This document shows, in pieces, positions 10,070 to 19,947 of a stretch of DNA of 58,959 bases. The stretch is from an uncultured Saprospiraceae bacterium (lineage in GTDB: Bacteria; Actinomycetota; Acidimicrobiia; Spongiisociales; UBA5794). The notes under the pieces are model-generated. The model was not told the DNA's origin and did not search any database. It was given only the letters and a program-made list of their open reading frames with translations. Both the position numbers and the translations under genes were made by a program. The DNA lies in NCBI GenBank assembly GCA_964195515.1, contig CAXMQO010000036.1, positions 1 to 58,959 on the forward strand, read 5' to 3'. The first letter of the stretch is position 1. The number at the start of each line of letters is the position of its first letter.

Positions 10070-10965
10070 ACTGGGGCCTCCTTGCCGAACAGGCCTTGAG
10101 GCCGGACGAGCAGTATCAGGAATAGGGCCAGGTAGAAGGTCATGGGGCCCCACGTCGGCCCTATCTGGTCAACAACAAATGAACTGGCGACACCGAGAAC
10201 CAGGGCCCCGATGACAGCGCCCTTCATGCTTCCCATGCCGCCCAACACGACCAACGCCAACAGAACCGCAACCCACTGCCAGTGACGGAACGGGAAGAAC
10301 GGGAAGAGGTAGCTCATCAGCGCGCCGGAAGCGCCCGCGAGCGCCGTCGACAGACCAAAGGAGATAGCAGAAACCCTCCGGACGTTCACTCCGACGATCT
10401 GCGCGGCCGCGCGATTCTGCGTGGTCGCCCGGATGGCATACCCCGTGTGGCTGTATCTCAGGAATGCCCAGAGCCCGACCAGCAGCACGATGCTCATCAG
10501 GGATGCATAGAACTGGCCCTTCGGGATGAAGAGGATGTCGCCCTGGGGAAGGAACAGACCGTCGACGATGAACGACTCGTTGGCGTATCCCGGCTGCGCC
10601 TTTCGGTAGATCCCGGTGAAGACGAACCCCAGGAGACCTTCGACCATGATTGCGATCCCGAACGTGAGCAACACAGTCATCTCGCCGAACTTGGCCGAGC
10701 CTTCGATCCTCCGAAACAAGACCTGGTAGACGGCGACGCCGAAGAGGAACATGATCGGCATGACGAACACCACCGATAGCAGCGGATCGATGCCGAGCTT
10801 GTCGAACGCGAAGAACGATATGTAGGCAGAAGCAATGATGAACGCTGCATGGGCGAGGTTCACGATCCGCATGACGCCGAACGCCAACGTCAAACCAGCT
10901 GCCATCAGGGCGTAGACACCACCGAGCAGGAGTCCGAGGATCGCGACCTGGATCAGATTGGTCAT
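10066..10965 (-). CDS. Branched-chain-amino-acid-type ABC permease (LivH-like)
   Basis: GLTLAFGVMRIVNLAH, GYAIRAT, VVLGGMGS. Confidence 0.92.
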   Translation of the reverse strand: MTNLIQVAILGLLLGGVYALMAAGLTLAFGVMRIVNLAHAAFIIASAYISFFAFDKLGIDPLLSVVFVMPIMFLFGVAVYQVLFRRIEGSAKFGEMTVLLTFGIAIMVEGLLGFVFTGIYRKAQPGYANESFIVDGLFLPQGDILFIPKGQFYASLMSIVLLVGLWAFLRYSHTGYAIRATTQNRAAAQIVGVNVRRVSAISFGLSTALAGASGALMSYLFPFFPFRHWQWVAVLLALVVLGGMGSMKGAVIGALVLGVASSFVVDQIGPTWGPMTFYLALFLILLVRPQGLFGKEAPV

Positions 10966-11699
10966 TTCTTGTCTCCCGAACCCGCTGCTTTGCCGAGATA
11001 GAGTTCGCGAACACGGGGATCTCCGAGAATGCCGTCCGACGGCCCCTCAAAGCGGACGATGCCCAGATCGAGCACCACACCCCAGTCGGCGAGTTCGAGT
11101 CCGCGTTGTGCGTTCTGTTCAACGATCACCACGGTGAGGCCCATGCTCTTCAGCTGCTCGACCTGCGAGAAGATCTGCTGGGCAATCTGGGGCGCCAAAC
11201 CGAGAGTTGGTTCGTCGAGCATGAGCAGAATAGGATCGATCATGAGGGCGCGACCCATTGCCAGCATCTGCTGCTGACCGCCCGACATCTTGCCAGCGTC
11301 CTGGCCTGCTCGCTCCGAAAGGATGGGGAACATCTCGTACACCCGGGCGAGGCGCTCCTTGACGATGGCGCGATCCTTCACGAGGTAGGCACCCATGATC
11401 AGGTTCTCACGAACACTCATCTCAGGGAACAACGCCTGATCCTGAGGGACGAAACACACTCCGGCTGCCAGCACCTGGTCGGGTCTCCGGTGTGCCAGCG
11501 ACTCGCCCCGGAACACGACGTCACCGGATCGCGGATGAAGCAGCCCTGCAATCACCTTGAGTAGCGTTGACTTGCCTGCACCGTTCGGGCCGATGATGCA
11601 ATAAGATTTGGCCTCTTCGACTTCGAGCGAGAGGCCCTGGAGAATGTTGGGCCCTGATCCGTACCCAGCACTGACGTCGGTGACCTCGAGAATCGGCAT
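10962..11699 (-). CDS. ABC ATP-binding protein (LivF-like)
   Basis: GPNGAGKS, MSGGQQQ, LDEP. Confidence 0.93.
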   Translation of the reverse strand: MPILEVTDVSAGYGSGPNILQGLSLEVEEAKSYCIIGPNGAGKSTLLKVIAGLLHPRSGDVVFRGESLAHRRPDQVLAAGVCFVPQDQALFPEMSVRENLIMGAYLVKDRAIVKERLARVYEMFPILSERAGQDAGKMSGGQQQMLAMGRALMIDPILLMLDEPTLGLAPQIAQQIFSQVEQLKSMGLTVVIVEQNAQRGLELADWGVVLDLGIVRFEGPSDGILGDPRVRELYLGKAAGSGDKK

Positions 11700-11700
11700 G

Positions 11701-12438
11701 TCAAGCCATCCCTAGATAGGCATCGAGCACGCGGCCATCACTCTGCACCTCTTCCGGTGTCCCATGCGTGAGCACTTCGCCGTGGGCCATGACGATCACA
11801 GAATCACTGAGGTCCATGACGAGGTCCATGTTGTGCTCCACGATGAAGAATGTGAGACCCTCCGCGTTGAGCCGCCGGATCCGGTCGACCATGCGCTCCA
11901 GCAGCGCAGGATTCACGCCGCCCGCCGGCTCGTCGAGCATGACAAGTCGGGGATTCGACATAAGCACTGCAGAGAACTCCAGGAGTTTGCGCTGTCCGAA
12001 CGACAACAACTCCGCTTTTGAATAGGCGTACTGTTGGATACCGACGAACTCGAGGAGGCTGAGGGCTCGCTCGGTCTCGGTATCGAGCATTCGCGAACCG
12101 AAAGTGCCCCGGAGGTCTTGGGCAGAGGACCCGACCACCATGTTTTCGATCACCGTCATGTCGTCGAGGGCCCTGGTGACCTGAAACGTCCTCCCGATGC
12201 CGAGCCGGGTCAGCTTGTGCGGCATCTTCTTGGTGATCTCGGTGCCTTCGAACGTCACCGATCCGGAGTCGGCCCTGATCACGTTGTTGATGAGGTTGAA
12301 CGTGGTGGTCTTGCCGGCACCGTTCGGCCCGATAAGGGAAGTGATGGTTCCTTCCTCGATGTCGAAGCTGACATCGTTCACCGCTTGGATGCCGCCAAAT
12401 CCCTTGTTGAGGTTCCGGGCCTCGAGCATCAGGCCCAC
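11701..12438 (-). CDS. ABC ATP-binding protein (LivG-like)
   Basis: GPNGAGKT, LSFGQRK, LDEPAGG, VEHNM. Confidence 0.93.
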   Translation of the reverse strand: MGLMLEARNLNKGFGGIQAVNDVSFDIEEGTITSLIGPNGAGKTTTFNLINNVIRADSGSVTFEGTEITKKMPHKLTRLGIGRTFQVTRALDDMTVIENMVVGSSAQDLRGTFGSRMLDTETERALSLLEFVGIQQYAYSKAELLSFGQRKLLEFSAVLMSNPRLVMLDEPAGGVNPALLERMVDRIRRLNAEGLTFFIVEHNMDLVMDLSDSVIVMAHGEVLTHGTPEEVQSDGRVLDAYLGMA

Positions 12439-12532
12439 GATCGCCCTCCAACCGCCGTTCTGCGTCGAAATGCACTCACGAGTGCAACTCCCGCCTCTCG
12501 CTGATCTTCGCTACTGCGTGTTCATCTGGTCA

Positions 12533-12569
12533 GAAGGTGGGGCACCGACATCTGCGGTGCCCCACCTTC
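12533..12569. terminator. 15-bp perfect stem-loop downstream of the solute-binding protein gene
   Basis: GAAGGTGGGGCACCG-ACATCTG-CGGTGCCCCACCTTC; terminator or mRNA-stabilising hairpin. Confidence 0.7.
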
Positions 12570-12600
12570 GTTGTCTATCTGTTCAATCGTCGGTTGGGAA

Positions 12601-14004
12601 CTAAGGCCTCGGGTAGACGAGGTCCACCGTGCCCGGGAATTCACCAACCGGGTAGACGAACTTGAGTTCGTTGTCCTGCCACTGCACCATGATCATGGAG
12701 CGATCGATCGGCAGCCCTCGTTCATCCCATACCCATTCCCCGAGAATGGTCATGACCGGATCGGCCGACGTACGTGCGTGCATCCATTCCGACATCGCCA
12801 CATTGTCCGTCGAGCCGACACCGAGGATTGCCTGCTCTACGCCCTGGCAGAGCGAGAACGGGATCGCCTCGTCTTCATCCGGGGCCCGCCCGAACGATGC
12901 GGTGAAGCCGTCAATGAAGTCGGTGTTCGTGTAGACCTCACCACCGAGCACGCCTTCCCAATCGGCAAGCGGATGCCAGGCCGAGTGGATCGTGACGCCG
13001 TTGGCCAGATCTCCGAGCGTCTCTTCGAACTCGCTCTGTGCACCCTGTGACATCCAGATCAGCTTCGGGTTGTATTGCACCGTGGCGAATGCGTTGATCA
13101 GCGAAATCGCCTCATCCGGCGAAGCGGTCGCGGCAGCAACCATCTCGGCCCCGCTGTTCTTAATCGAGTTGGCCAACGTCAGCCAGTCGGTGAACGGAAC
13201 AGGCCACTGCTCCTGGTACACAACCTCGATGCCCGCCGGTTCGAGGTAGCCATCAACCGCCACGACCACATCCGAATCCGGGATCGCGACCTCGCCACCG
13301 ACCAGGCCTGTGACGATCGCGTTGGCGAAGAAGTCATCGGCGTGCACGATCGCCACCGTGCTGATCGCCGGATCGATGACACCGGTGCCGGTGTAGTACT
13401 CGATCATCGAGACAGGCGAGAAGCCGATCAGCTCGGCCGCGTTCTGCTGGAAGTAGAAGATGTTGTCGAATCCCCGCTCCCAAATACGCAGCGCAGCACC
13501 CGAAGGGATCGGATACATCATGCTGGCCTGGTTCGCCACGGTTGATGCCGGGAAGGTCAGCAAGCTCGAGAACGTGCCGAGCAACGCGTCTGCTCCCTCG
13601 ACCTCGATCTGGCGCTGAACCTGCGACACCGTGATCTCCGGATCGGACCGGTTGTCTTCGACGAGCAACTCGACCGGACGCCCGAGGATCCCACCCCGTG
13701 CGTTGATCTCATCGACGCAGAACTGATACCCATCGGCGTGTTTGCTGCCCGGAATGGCGAAGTCACCCGTGAGGGGCAACGACGCGGCGAACAGGATCGG
13801 ATCATCCGACATGGCGGCCGTGGTAGTGGTCTCCTCGGTCGCTGCTGCAGTTGTGGTGGTTTCTTCGGCTGCCGCTGCCGTTGTGGTGGTCTCCTCGCCA
13901 CCGGCTGCTGCTGTGGTGGTTGTGTCGTCACTGTCGCTGCTGCAGGAAGCCACAATGAGGGCAAACACCGCCAGCAGGGTCAAGAGTCTCGTGAATCGAA
14001 TCAT
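12601..14004 (-). CDS. ABC solute-binding lipoprotein (LivJ/PBP1 type) with Thr/Ala-rich linker
   Basis: Signal peptide with lipobox IVASC, repeated TTTTAAA linker, LPLTG, GGILGRPVELLVEDN; GGAGG upstream. Confidence 0.9.
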   Translation of the reverse strand: MIRFTRLLTLLAVFALIVASCSSDSDDTTTTAAAGGEETTTTAAAAEETTTTAAATEETTTTAAMSDDPILFAASLPLTGDFAIPGSKHADGYQFCVDEINARGGILGRPVELLVEDNRSDPEITVSQVQRQIEVEGADALLGTFSSLLTFPASTVANQASMMYPIPSGAALRIWERGFDNIFYFQQNAAELIGFSPVSMIEYYTGTGVIDPAISTVAIVHADDFFANAIVTGLVGGEVAIPDSDVVVAVDGYLEPAGIEVVYQEQWPVPFTDWLTLANSIKNSGAEMVAAATASPDEAISLINAFATVQYNPKLIWMSQGAQSEFEETLGDLANGVTIHSAWHPLADWEGVLGGEVYTNTDFIDGFTASFGRAPDEDEAIPFSLCQGVEQAILGVGSTDNVAMSEWMHARTSADPVMTILGEWVWDERGLPIDRSMIMVQWQDNELKFVYPVGEFPGTVDLVYPRP

Positions 14005-14046
14005 GCGCTACCTCCTACGCAATCGATGATCGATATGCCGTGCGGC

Positions 14047-14075
14047 ACAATACGGATTGCCTCGATCGTTTGCAA
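14047..14075 (-). promoter_or_regulatory. Putative sigma-70-type promoter for the ABC operon
   Basis: Minus strand TTGCAA-N17-TATTGT. Confidence 0.45.
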
Positions 14076-14077
14076 CT

Positions 14078-14089
14078 GCAAACGATTGC
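14078..14089. promoter_or_regulatory. LacI-type operator GCAAACGATTGC
   Basis: Between divergent SBP and flavin oxidoreductase genes; weaker half-copies nearby at about 14019 and 14062-14073. Confidence 0.7.
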
Positions 14090-14304
14090 GCTTTGGGCAC
14101 CCTCGGAGGTGCGGTTGACCGCGTCGGGAGGCTCGACCTACCATGGCGATCGCCAAACGATGGCGACGACGGCGTAGATCGAGACGCTCAGAAGAGCCGG
14201 GTTGATCCCCCATCGACGTTGAGCGATGCGGTTCTCGCGGACGACAAGCAGGCTCGGTTGAATGACCCGCAGAGCCATCAGCCTCTTCAGAAAAGGGATG
14301 TGGA

Positions 14305-15741
14305 ATGGCAGCCTCGCGGAGACGGTTCCCCCAAGTCAAGAAAATCGGAACGCCGGAGGCCATGCGCGCCTACTTGGCGGAGCAGGGCATCGACCTGCCA
14401 CTCGATACCGTCGTGGAGCCGGCACCCGAGGGACCACTCGCAACCCCGATCCGGATTGGCTCGCACCTCGAGGCCGAGAACCGGTTCGCGATCCTTCCGA
14501 TGGAGGGTTGGGATGGAACGACGGACGGGCTGCCGACACCGGATCTGGAGCGCCGCTGGCTGCGCTTCGGGGCTTCCGGAGCTGGCCTGGTGTGGGGCGA
14601 GGCCACCGCCGTTGCCCCGGAGGGCAGAGCAAACCCGAACCAGTTGATGATCAACGAAGAGACGGCGGAGTTCCTCGGCGACCTCCGAAGCCGGATGGTA
14701 GCCGCGCGGGCCCGCGAGTTCGATGGAGCGCACCTCGTCGCCGGTCTCCAACTCACCCACAGCGGTCGATGGTCTCGACCACTCGGTGAGCCGCTACCCC
14801 GTACCGCCTACCGGCAGCCTCAGCTCGACGAACGGCTTCCCGTATCCGATGCCTCGGTCTTGAGCGACGACGAACTCGACGAGCTGGTCGGCGTCTACGT
14901 CCGGGCCGGCATACTCGCCGCGGACGCCGGCTTTGATTTCGTGGACATCAAACACTGCCACGGCTATCTCCTCCACGAACTGCTGAGCGCCCGAACCAGG
15001 CCCGGTCGCTACGGCGGATCATTCGAAGGACGGACGAGGGTCTTGCGCTCCGTCGTGGAGCAATTGAGAGCACAGCGCCCGAACCTCACCATCGCGGTGC
15101 GGCTGAGCGCAGTGGATCCCGGACCGTACCTCGAAGACTCGGACGGAGTCGGGTACCCGGAACCGCTCGATCAGCCACCCTTCGTCTTCGGTCCCGACGA
15201 TCAAGGCAACCCCCTCGGGGAGACCCACCAGTTCCTCAATCTTTGTGCCGAGTTGGGGGTCGAACTCGTATGCGTCACGATTGGGAGCCCGTACTACAAC
15301 CCCCATGTGACCCGGCCCGCCTATCACCCCGCGCTCGACGGCTATCTCCCGCCGCGCGACCCGCTTGCCGAAGTCGCGTATCACCTCGAAACTACCGCCG
15401 CCCTGACGAGAGCTCACCCGGACCTCGTGCTGTTGGGTAGCGGCTACAGCTATCTGCAAGAGCTGCTCCCGAACGTCGCCCAATACCAGGTACGAACCGG
15501 GGGCGTTGGCATGGTCGGTGTGGGCAGAATGGCCCTCAGCTACCCACAACTGCCGGCGGATGTGCTCGCCGGGCACGCCATCGATCCGAAGATGATCTGT
15601 CGGACCTTCAGTGACTGCACCACCGGGCCTCGCATCGGTTTGGCCTCGGGTTGCTACCCGCTGGACGATCACTACAAGAAGAGCGAATCGCGCGTTACGA
15701 TCGCCGCCGCCAAGAAGGAGAAGCGATCGAAGTCCGGCTGA
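14305..15741 (+). CDS. NADH:flavin oxidoreductase (Old Yellow Enzyme-like)
   Basis: NRFAILPMEG, GLQLTHSGR, DIKHCHGYLLHELL, YGGSFEGR; C-terminal CRTFSDC...GC Cys cluster. Confidence 0.85.
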   Translation: MAASRRRFPQVKKIGTPEAMRAYLAEQGIDLPLDTVVEPAPEGPLATPIRIGSHLEAENRFAILPMEGWDGTTDGLPTPDLERRWLRFGASGAGLVWGEATAVAPEGRANPNQLMINEETAEFLGDLRSRMVAARAREFDGAHLVAGLQLTHSGRWSRPLGEPLPRTAYRQPQLDERLPVSDASVLSDDELDELVGVYVRAGILAADAGFDFVDIKHCHGYLLHELLSARTRPGRYGGSFEGRTRVLRSVVEQLRAQRPNLTIAVRLSAVDPGPYLEDSDGVGYPEPLDQPPFVFGPDDQGNPLGETHQFLNLCAELGVELVCVTIGSPYYNPHVTRPAYHPALDGYLPPRDPLAEVAYHLETTAALTRAHPDLVLLGSGYSYLQELLPNVAQYQVRTGGVGMVGVGRMALSYPQLPADVLAGHAIDPKMICRTFSDCTTGPRIGLASGCYPLDDHYKKSESRVTIAAAKKEKRSKSG

Positions 15742-15839
15742 CGTGGGGCTCGTCCGTTTCCCGCGTCGCCCTGCCGCCGTGCTAGCTTCGCACGAAGATG
15801 CAACATGGTGCAGTTGCTCACCGAGACTCGGAGCGCGTC

Positions 15840-17231
15840 TTGATCAAGATTGACCCCTCAATCGAACCGGCGTCACTCAACCCGGACCTGACCCGGCTGT
15901 GGGAAGTCTCCGGCCCCAAAGTCAAGCGACTGTGCCGCAGGAAGTCACCGGATCTCGCAACACCGGTGTACACGGTCGACGGTCGGTACACCGCACGCGG
16001 TTGGACCGAGTGGACCCAGGGTTTTCTCTACGGTGAAGCCATCCTGCAATTCGACGCTACCGGAGATGACGAAGCGCTCGAACTGGGTCGCCGTCTCACA
16101 CGCGATCACATGTCGCCGCATCTCACCCATGAAGGCGTGCACGACCACGGGTTCAACAACGTCAGCACCTACGGCAACCTCAGGAGACTGATGCTCGAGG
16201 GTCGAATCCCATTCGATGCCTGGGAGTTGGCGTTCTACGAGAACGCACTGCGAGTAAGCGGAGCGGTTCAGGCGATGCGTTGGACCGAGACCGCAGACGG
16301 CGGCGGTTTCATTCATTCGTTCAACGGTCCTCACTCACTCTTCTGCGACACGATGCGTTCGCTTCGATCCCTCATGTTGGCGCACCACCTCGGCCATTGC
16401 TTGCTCGGCGAGAACGACCGATCCATCTCTTTGCTCGAACGTGGCGTGCAACATGCCGCAACCACGGCCACCCACAACGTCTTCTACGGCGAAGGCCGCG
16501 ACGTGTACGACATTCGCGGACGGGTTGCCCACGAGTCGTTGTTCAACGTCACCGACGGCAACTACCGGGCGCCAAGCACGCAGCAGGGGTACTCGCCGTT
16601 CACCACGTGGACCCGCGGCCTGTCCTGGGTCATGTCCGGCTATGCCGAGCAACTCGAATTCCTCGAAACCATCGAGGATCTGGAACTCGAACCTCTCGGC
16701 GGGAGAGAGTCGGTCCGTTCGATGATGATCGCCGCGGCCACCGCCTCCTGCGACTTCTACATCGACCAGACGCCGCTCGACGGTGTGCCGTATTGGGATA
16801 CGGGCGCCCCGGGTCTGACATCGATGGGCAACTATCTCGACCGACCGGCCGAGCCACACAATGCCCACGAGCCGGTCGACAGTTCGGCTGCAGCCATCGC
16901 CTCGCAAGGGTTGCTCCGGCTCGGTCGCTACCTCACCGGCGCAGGAGATCCAGCCGGAGACCGCTACACCAGAGCGGGACTCACCGTCCTGCAGACCCTG
17001 CTCGGCGACGGGTACCTAAGTCTCGATCCGGATCATGAAGGCATCCTCCTCCACGGCGTCTACCACCGGCCCAACGGATGGGACCATGCTCCGAACGACA
17101 GCGGTGTCCCATCCGGCGAATCGGTGATGTGGGGCGACTACCACCTCATGGAGGCGGCCCTCTACGCCCAACGCCTCGCCGATGGCCTGCCGTATCTCAC
17201 CTTCTTTGGGCCGGTTGAGGATCTGCTATGA
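15840..17231 (+). CDS. Glycoside hydrolase family 88 (unsaturated glucuronyl hydrolase-like)
   Basis: EWTQGF, HDHGF, DTM, WTRGLSW, DSSAAAI, WGDY motifs of the (alpha/alpha)6 GH88 fold; TTG 15840 with GGAG (ATG 15798 alternative). Confidence 0.75.
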   Translation: MIKIDPSIEPASLNPDLTRLWEVSGPKVKRLCRRKSPDLATPVYTVDGRYTARGWTEWTQGFLYGEAILQFDATGDDEALELGRRLTRDHMSPHLTHEGVHDHGFNNVSTYGNLRRLMLEGRIPFDAWELAFYENALRVSGAVQAMRWTETADGGGFIHSFNGPHSLFCDTMRSLRSLMLAHHLGHCLLGENDRSISLLERGVQHAATTATHNVFYGEGRDVYDIRGRVAHESLFNVTDGNYRAPSTQQGYSPFTTWTRGLSWVMSGYAEQLEFLETIEDLELEPLGGRESVRSMMIAAATASCDFYIDQTPLDGVPYWDTGAPGLTSMGNYLDRPAEPHNAHEPVDSSAAAIASQGLLRLGRYLTGAGDPAGDRYTRAGLTVLQTLLGDGYLSLDPDHEGILLHGVYHRPNGWDHAPNDSGVPSGESVMWGDYHLMEAALYAQRLADGLPYLTFFGPVEDLL

Positions 17232-17998
17232 CGACACGCAGCGCACTCGTGACCGGCGGTTCCCGCGGCATCGGACTCGGTATCGCCGAAAGGCTCCTCA
17301 CCGACGGCTACCGGGTGGTGATCAACGGGGTTCGGGCCCCCGAAGCTGTAGCTGCGACGCTCGAAACGCTCTCACAATTGGGCGATATCACCTACGTCGC
17401 CGCCGATATTGGAACCGCAGACGGGCGAAGCCGACTGGTAACCGAGACGCTGGGGGTGGTCGGGCGCCTCGATGTGCTGGTCAACAACGCAGGGATCACC
17501 TCGCCGGGGCGCAAGGACATACTCGAAGCGACGGAGGCAGACCTCGACACCGTACTCGCCGTCAACCTCAAGGGTCCCTTCCTGCTCACACAGAGTCTGG
17601 CGCGGCACATGATCGAGAAGCGCAAGGCGGACCCGGCATTCCGCGGACGCGTCGTGAACATCACTTCGATCAGCGCCGCGGTCGCTTCGCCGAACCGAGC
17701 CGAATACTGCATCAGCAAGGCCGGCCTCTCCATGACGACGATGTTGTGGGCAACCCGCCTCGCCGAGTTCGGCATCGACGTCTTCGAGGTGCGTCCCGGC
17801 GTCATCCAGACGGACATGACCGCACCCGTTGCGGAGAAGTACGAATCTCTGATCAAGGCAGGACTCACACTCGATCGGCGACTTGGAATGCCGGAGGACG
17901 TTGCGGCGGTGGTTGCTGCGCTGGCCGCCGGGAACATTCCCTACTCCACAGGGCAGATCCTCACGGTCGACGGTGGATTGACGATCGCGCGGCTCTGA
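17228..17998 (+). CDS. Short-chain dehydrogenase/reductase
   Basis: TGGSRGIG, NNAG, YCISK; ATGA overlap with GH88 gene. Confidence 0.92.
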   Translation: MTTRSALVTGGSRGIGLGIAERLLTDGYRVVINGVRAPEAVAATLETLSQLGDITYVAADIGTADGRSRLVTETLGVVGRLDVLVNNAGITSPGRKDILEATEADLDTVLAVNLKGPFLLTQSLARHMIEKRKADPAFRGRVVNITSISAAVASPNRAEYCISKAGLSMTTMLWATRLAEFGIDVFEVRPGVIQTDMTAPVAEKYESLIKAGLTLDRRLGMPEDVAAVVAALAAGNIPYSTGQILTVDGGLTIARL

Positions 17999-18022
17999 GC
18001 GACAGCACCTCGTTCGCCGAGA

Positions 18023-18595
18023 TCAGTCGTCGGCGGAAGAGCCGGCTGCGAGGCCGGCGTCCGTATCAGCCAGTATCTCGCGGTGCCCGAGATCCAGCGT
18101 CTTGAGCCAGCGCTGCTGGCCGGACGTCAGCGCGATGAAGAACCCGAGCTCGGCCAGTTCAGGCGAAGTGAAGTGGGCGTGGAGGTCGTGCCACAGTGCG
18201 TCGTCTGCGAAGTCGGCGTTCCAGACGATCGCATCGGTGTAGCCCAGGGCAGCCTTCTCCCGTTCGCTGTACCTGGGGGAGGTTCGGAACTCCAGGAGAT
18301 CCGAGTAGTGGTCCTCCTCGACCGCGGCATCCTCTGAACGCTGCGCCGCGCAGTAGCCGCACTCGACCGTCTTCGTGACGTACACGCGGCAGAGTTCCTT
18401 GAGGTCGTGCTCCACGACGCCGTTGACAAACGTCTCTTCCCACGCCGCGGAGAAGGTCTTGACGACTGCCGGCACATGGGACCGAATCGCCTGAGACTCG
18501 GGCCGGGGCGTCCCGTTTCGGCGTGCTCGATCCAGAATCGCCAGGACTTCGGGATCCTCGATGGCGTTCAGATCCGGGTAGGGGATTCGCGGCAT
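18023..18595 (-). CDS. Carboxymuconolactone decarboxylase/AhpD-like protein
   Basis: LKELCRVYV...ECGYC (CxxC), SEREKAALGY, HFTSPELAEL. Confidence 0.8.
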   Translation of the reverse strand: MPRIPYPDLNAIEDPEVLAILDRARRNGTPRPESQAIRSHVPAVVKTFSAAWEETFVNGVVEHDLKELCRVYVTKTVECGYCAAQRSEDAAVEEDHYSDLLEFRTSPRYSEREKAALGYTDAIVWNADFADDALWHDLHAHFTSPELAELGFFIALTSGQQRWLKTLDLGHREILADTDAGLAAGSSADD

Positions 18596-18785
18596 CGTGG
18601 GGCACCTTTCGTAGACCTCGGTGATCGTATCTCCAACGCGTTGGCCTCACAGTACCGCCTCTCCCGGACGGGCCGCGACGCCGATCTACGCCACCTGACT
18701 TGCGCACCCCATGACACACCTGGTTGACTGTTCACATCCTGCGAGAGCACGACACGAGCCGCCAATGGCGAGACGAGGAGCACCA

Positions 18786-19880
18786 ATGCAATCGATTGCG
18801 ACCGAGACAGCCCTCCCTGCCGGCATGGACGCCCTGGTCTTGCTTGGTCCAAACGAGTTCGAGGTACAGAGCGTCCCAGTGCCGGAGCCCGGTCGGCACG
18901 AGGTCCTGTGTGAGGTTCACTCCGTGGCAATCTGCGGCACCGACAAAGAGCTCATCTCGGGGAACTTCCTGAAGAAGGGCTGGCCGCGCGGATATCCGTA
19001 CACACCCGGCCACGAATGGTCCGGTGTCGTCATTGCCGCTGGTGAAGGATCAGCCGAGCTTGGCTTCCGGCCCGGCGACCGCGTGGCCGGGACCGCTCAC
19101 GACGGCTGCGGCAACTGCCGGATGTGTGCGATCGGCCGCTACAACCTCTGCGATAACTACGGGAACGAGGATCTCGGCCATCACCACTACGGCCACTACT
19201 CCACCGGTGCCATGCGCGAGTATCACAACACGTCGATCAAGAGCGTGTTCAAGATCCCGGGCTCCATGACGCTCGAACAGGCCGCATTGGTGGACGCCAG
19301 TTCGATCGCCCTACACGCCGTCAAGAGGGTCGGAGTGGGTCCCGGTGAAGTCGGGGCAATCATCGGTCCCGGCGCCCAGGGGCTACTGGCCGGCCAGATC
19401 GCAGGACTCCTCGGGGCAGCCCGGGTGATCCTTGTTGGAAGAGGTGACCGTCTCAAGACCGCGGCCGCGATGGGGTTCGAAGTGGTCGACAATTCGCAGG
19501 TAGACGGACCCGAGAGGGTGAGGGAACTCACCGATGGGAAGGGAGCCCATTTCACGATCGACACCGCAGCGCGCGGCAACACGCCGGCGGATGCGGTGGC
19601 CATGACGAGAAAGGGCGGACGCGTTGCCCTCATCGGTGTGCCGTTGGAGCCGTGCGTCCTGCCGCTGCAGCGGATCGTGTTCGAGGAGATGGACCTCTTT
19701 GGTGTACGGGCCAATCCGGGAACATGTGAGGAGGTCATTCCTCTCATCACAGAAGGCAAGCTGGACGTCGACGCCGTCACCACGCATACCTTCCCGCTGG
19801 CTGACTTCGCAGAGGCCTACGAGACCTTCACGCAACGCAAGGACGGAGCGATCAAGGTCCTGATCCAGCCCGGTGCCTGA
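18786..19880 (+). CDS. Zn-dependent medium-chain (polyol-type) dehydrogenase
   Basis: ICGTD, GHEWSG, CGNCRMC...C Zn sites, IGPGAQG; GAGGAG before ATG 18786. Confidence 0.9.
   Translation: MQSIATETALPAGMDALVLLGPNEFEVQSVPVPEPGRHEVLCEVHSVAICGTDKELISGNFLKKGWPRGYPYTPGHEWSGVVIAAGEGSAELGFRPGDRVAGTAHDGCGNCRMCAIGRYNLCDNYGNEDLGHHHYGHYSTGAMREYHNTSIKSVFKIPGSMTLEQAALVDASSIALHAVKRVGVGPGEVGAIIGPGAQGLLAGQIAGLLGAARVILVGRGDRLKTAAAMGFEVVDNSQVDGPERVRELTDGKGAHFTIDTAARGNTPADAVAMTRKGGRVALIGVPLEPCVLPLQRIVFEEMDLFGVRANPGTCEEVIPLITEGKLDVDAVTTHTFPLADFAEAYETFTQRKDGAIKVLIQPGA
18788..18799. promoter_or_regulatory. LacI-type operator GCAATCGATTGC overlapping the first codons of the dehydrogenase
   Basis: Perfect 12-bp palindrome matching the three intergenic copies. 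Confidence 0.55.
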
Positions 19881-19947
19881 TGAGAATCCACACGCCGGCA
19901 CCGGCACACGGAATCGGAAGACGACAAACGAGGAAGAGGAGGTAGGC

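Noticed and set aside
13840-13925. TTTTAAA-encoding DNA repeats in the SBP gene, and the Thr tract at about 55440-55580
   Set aside because: Ordinary low-complexity stalks of exported proteins, not separate repeat elements
17228-17998. fabG or kduD assignment for the SDR
   Set aside because: Generic SDR motifs only; context argues against fatty-acid synthesis and KduD cannot be confirmed without a search
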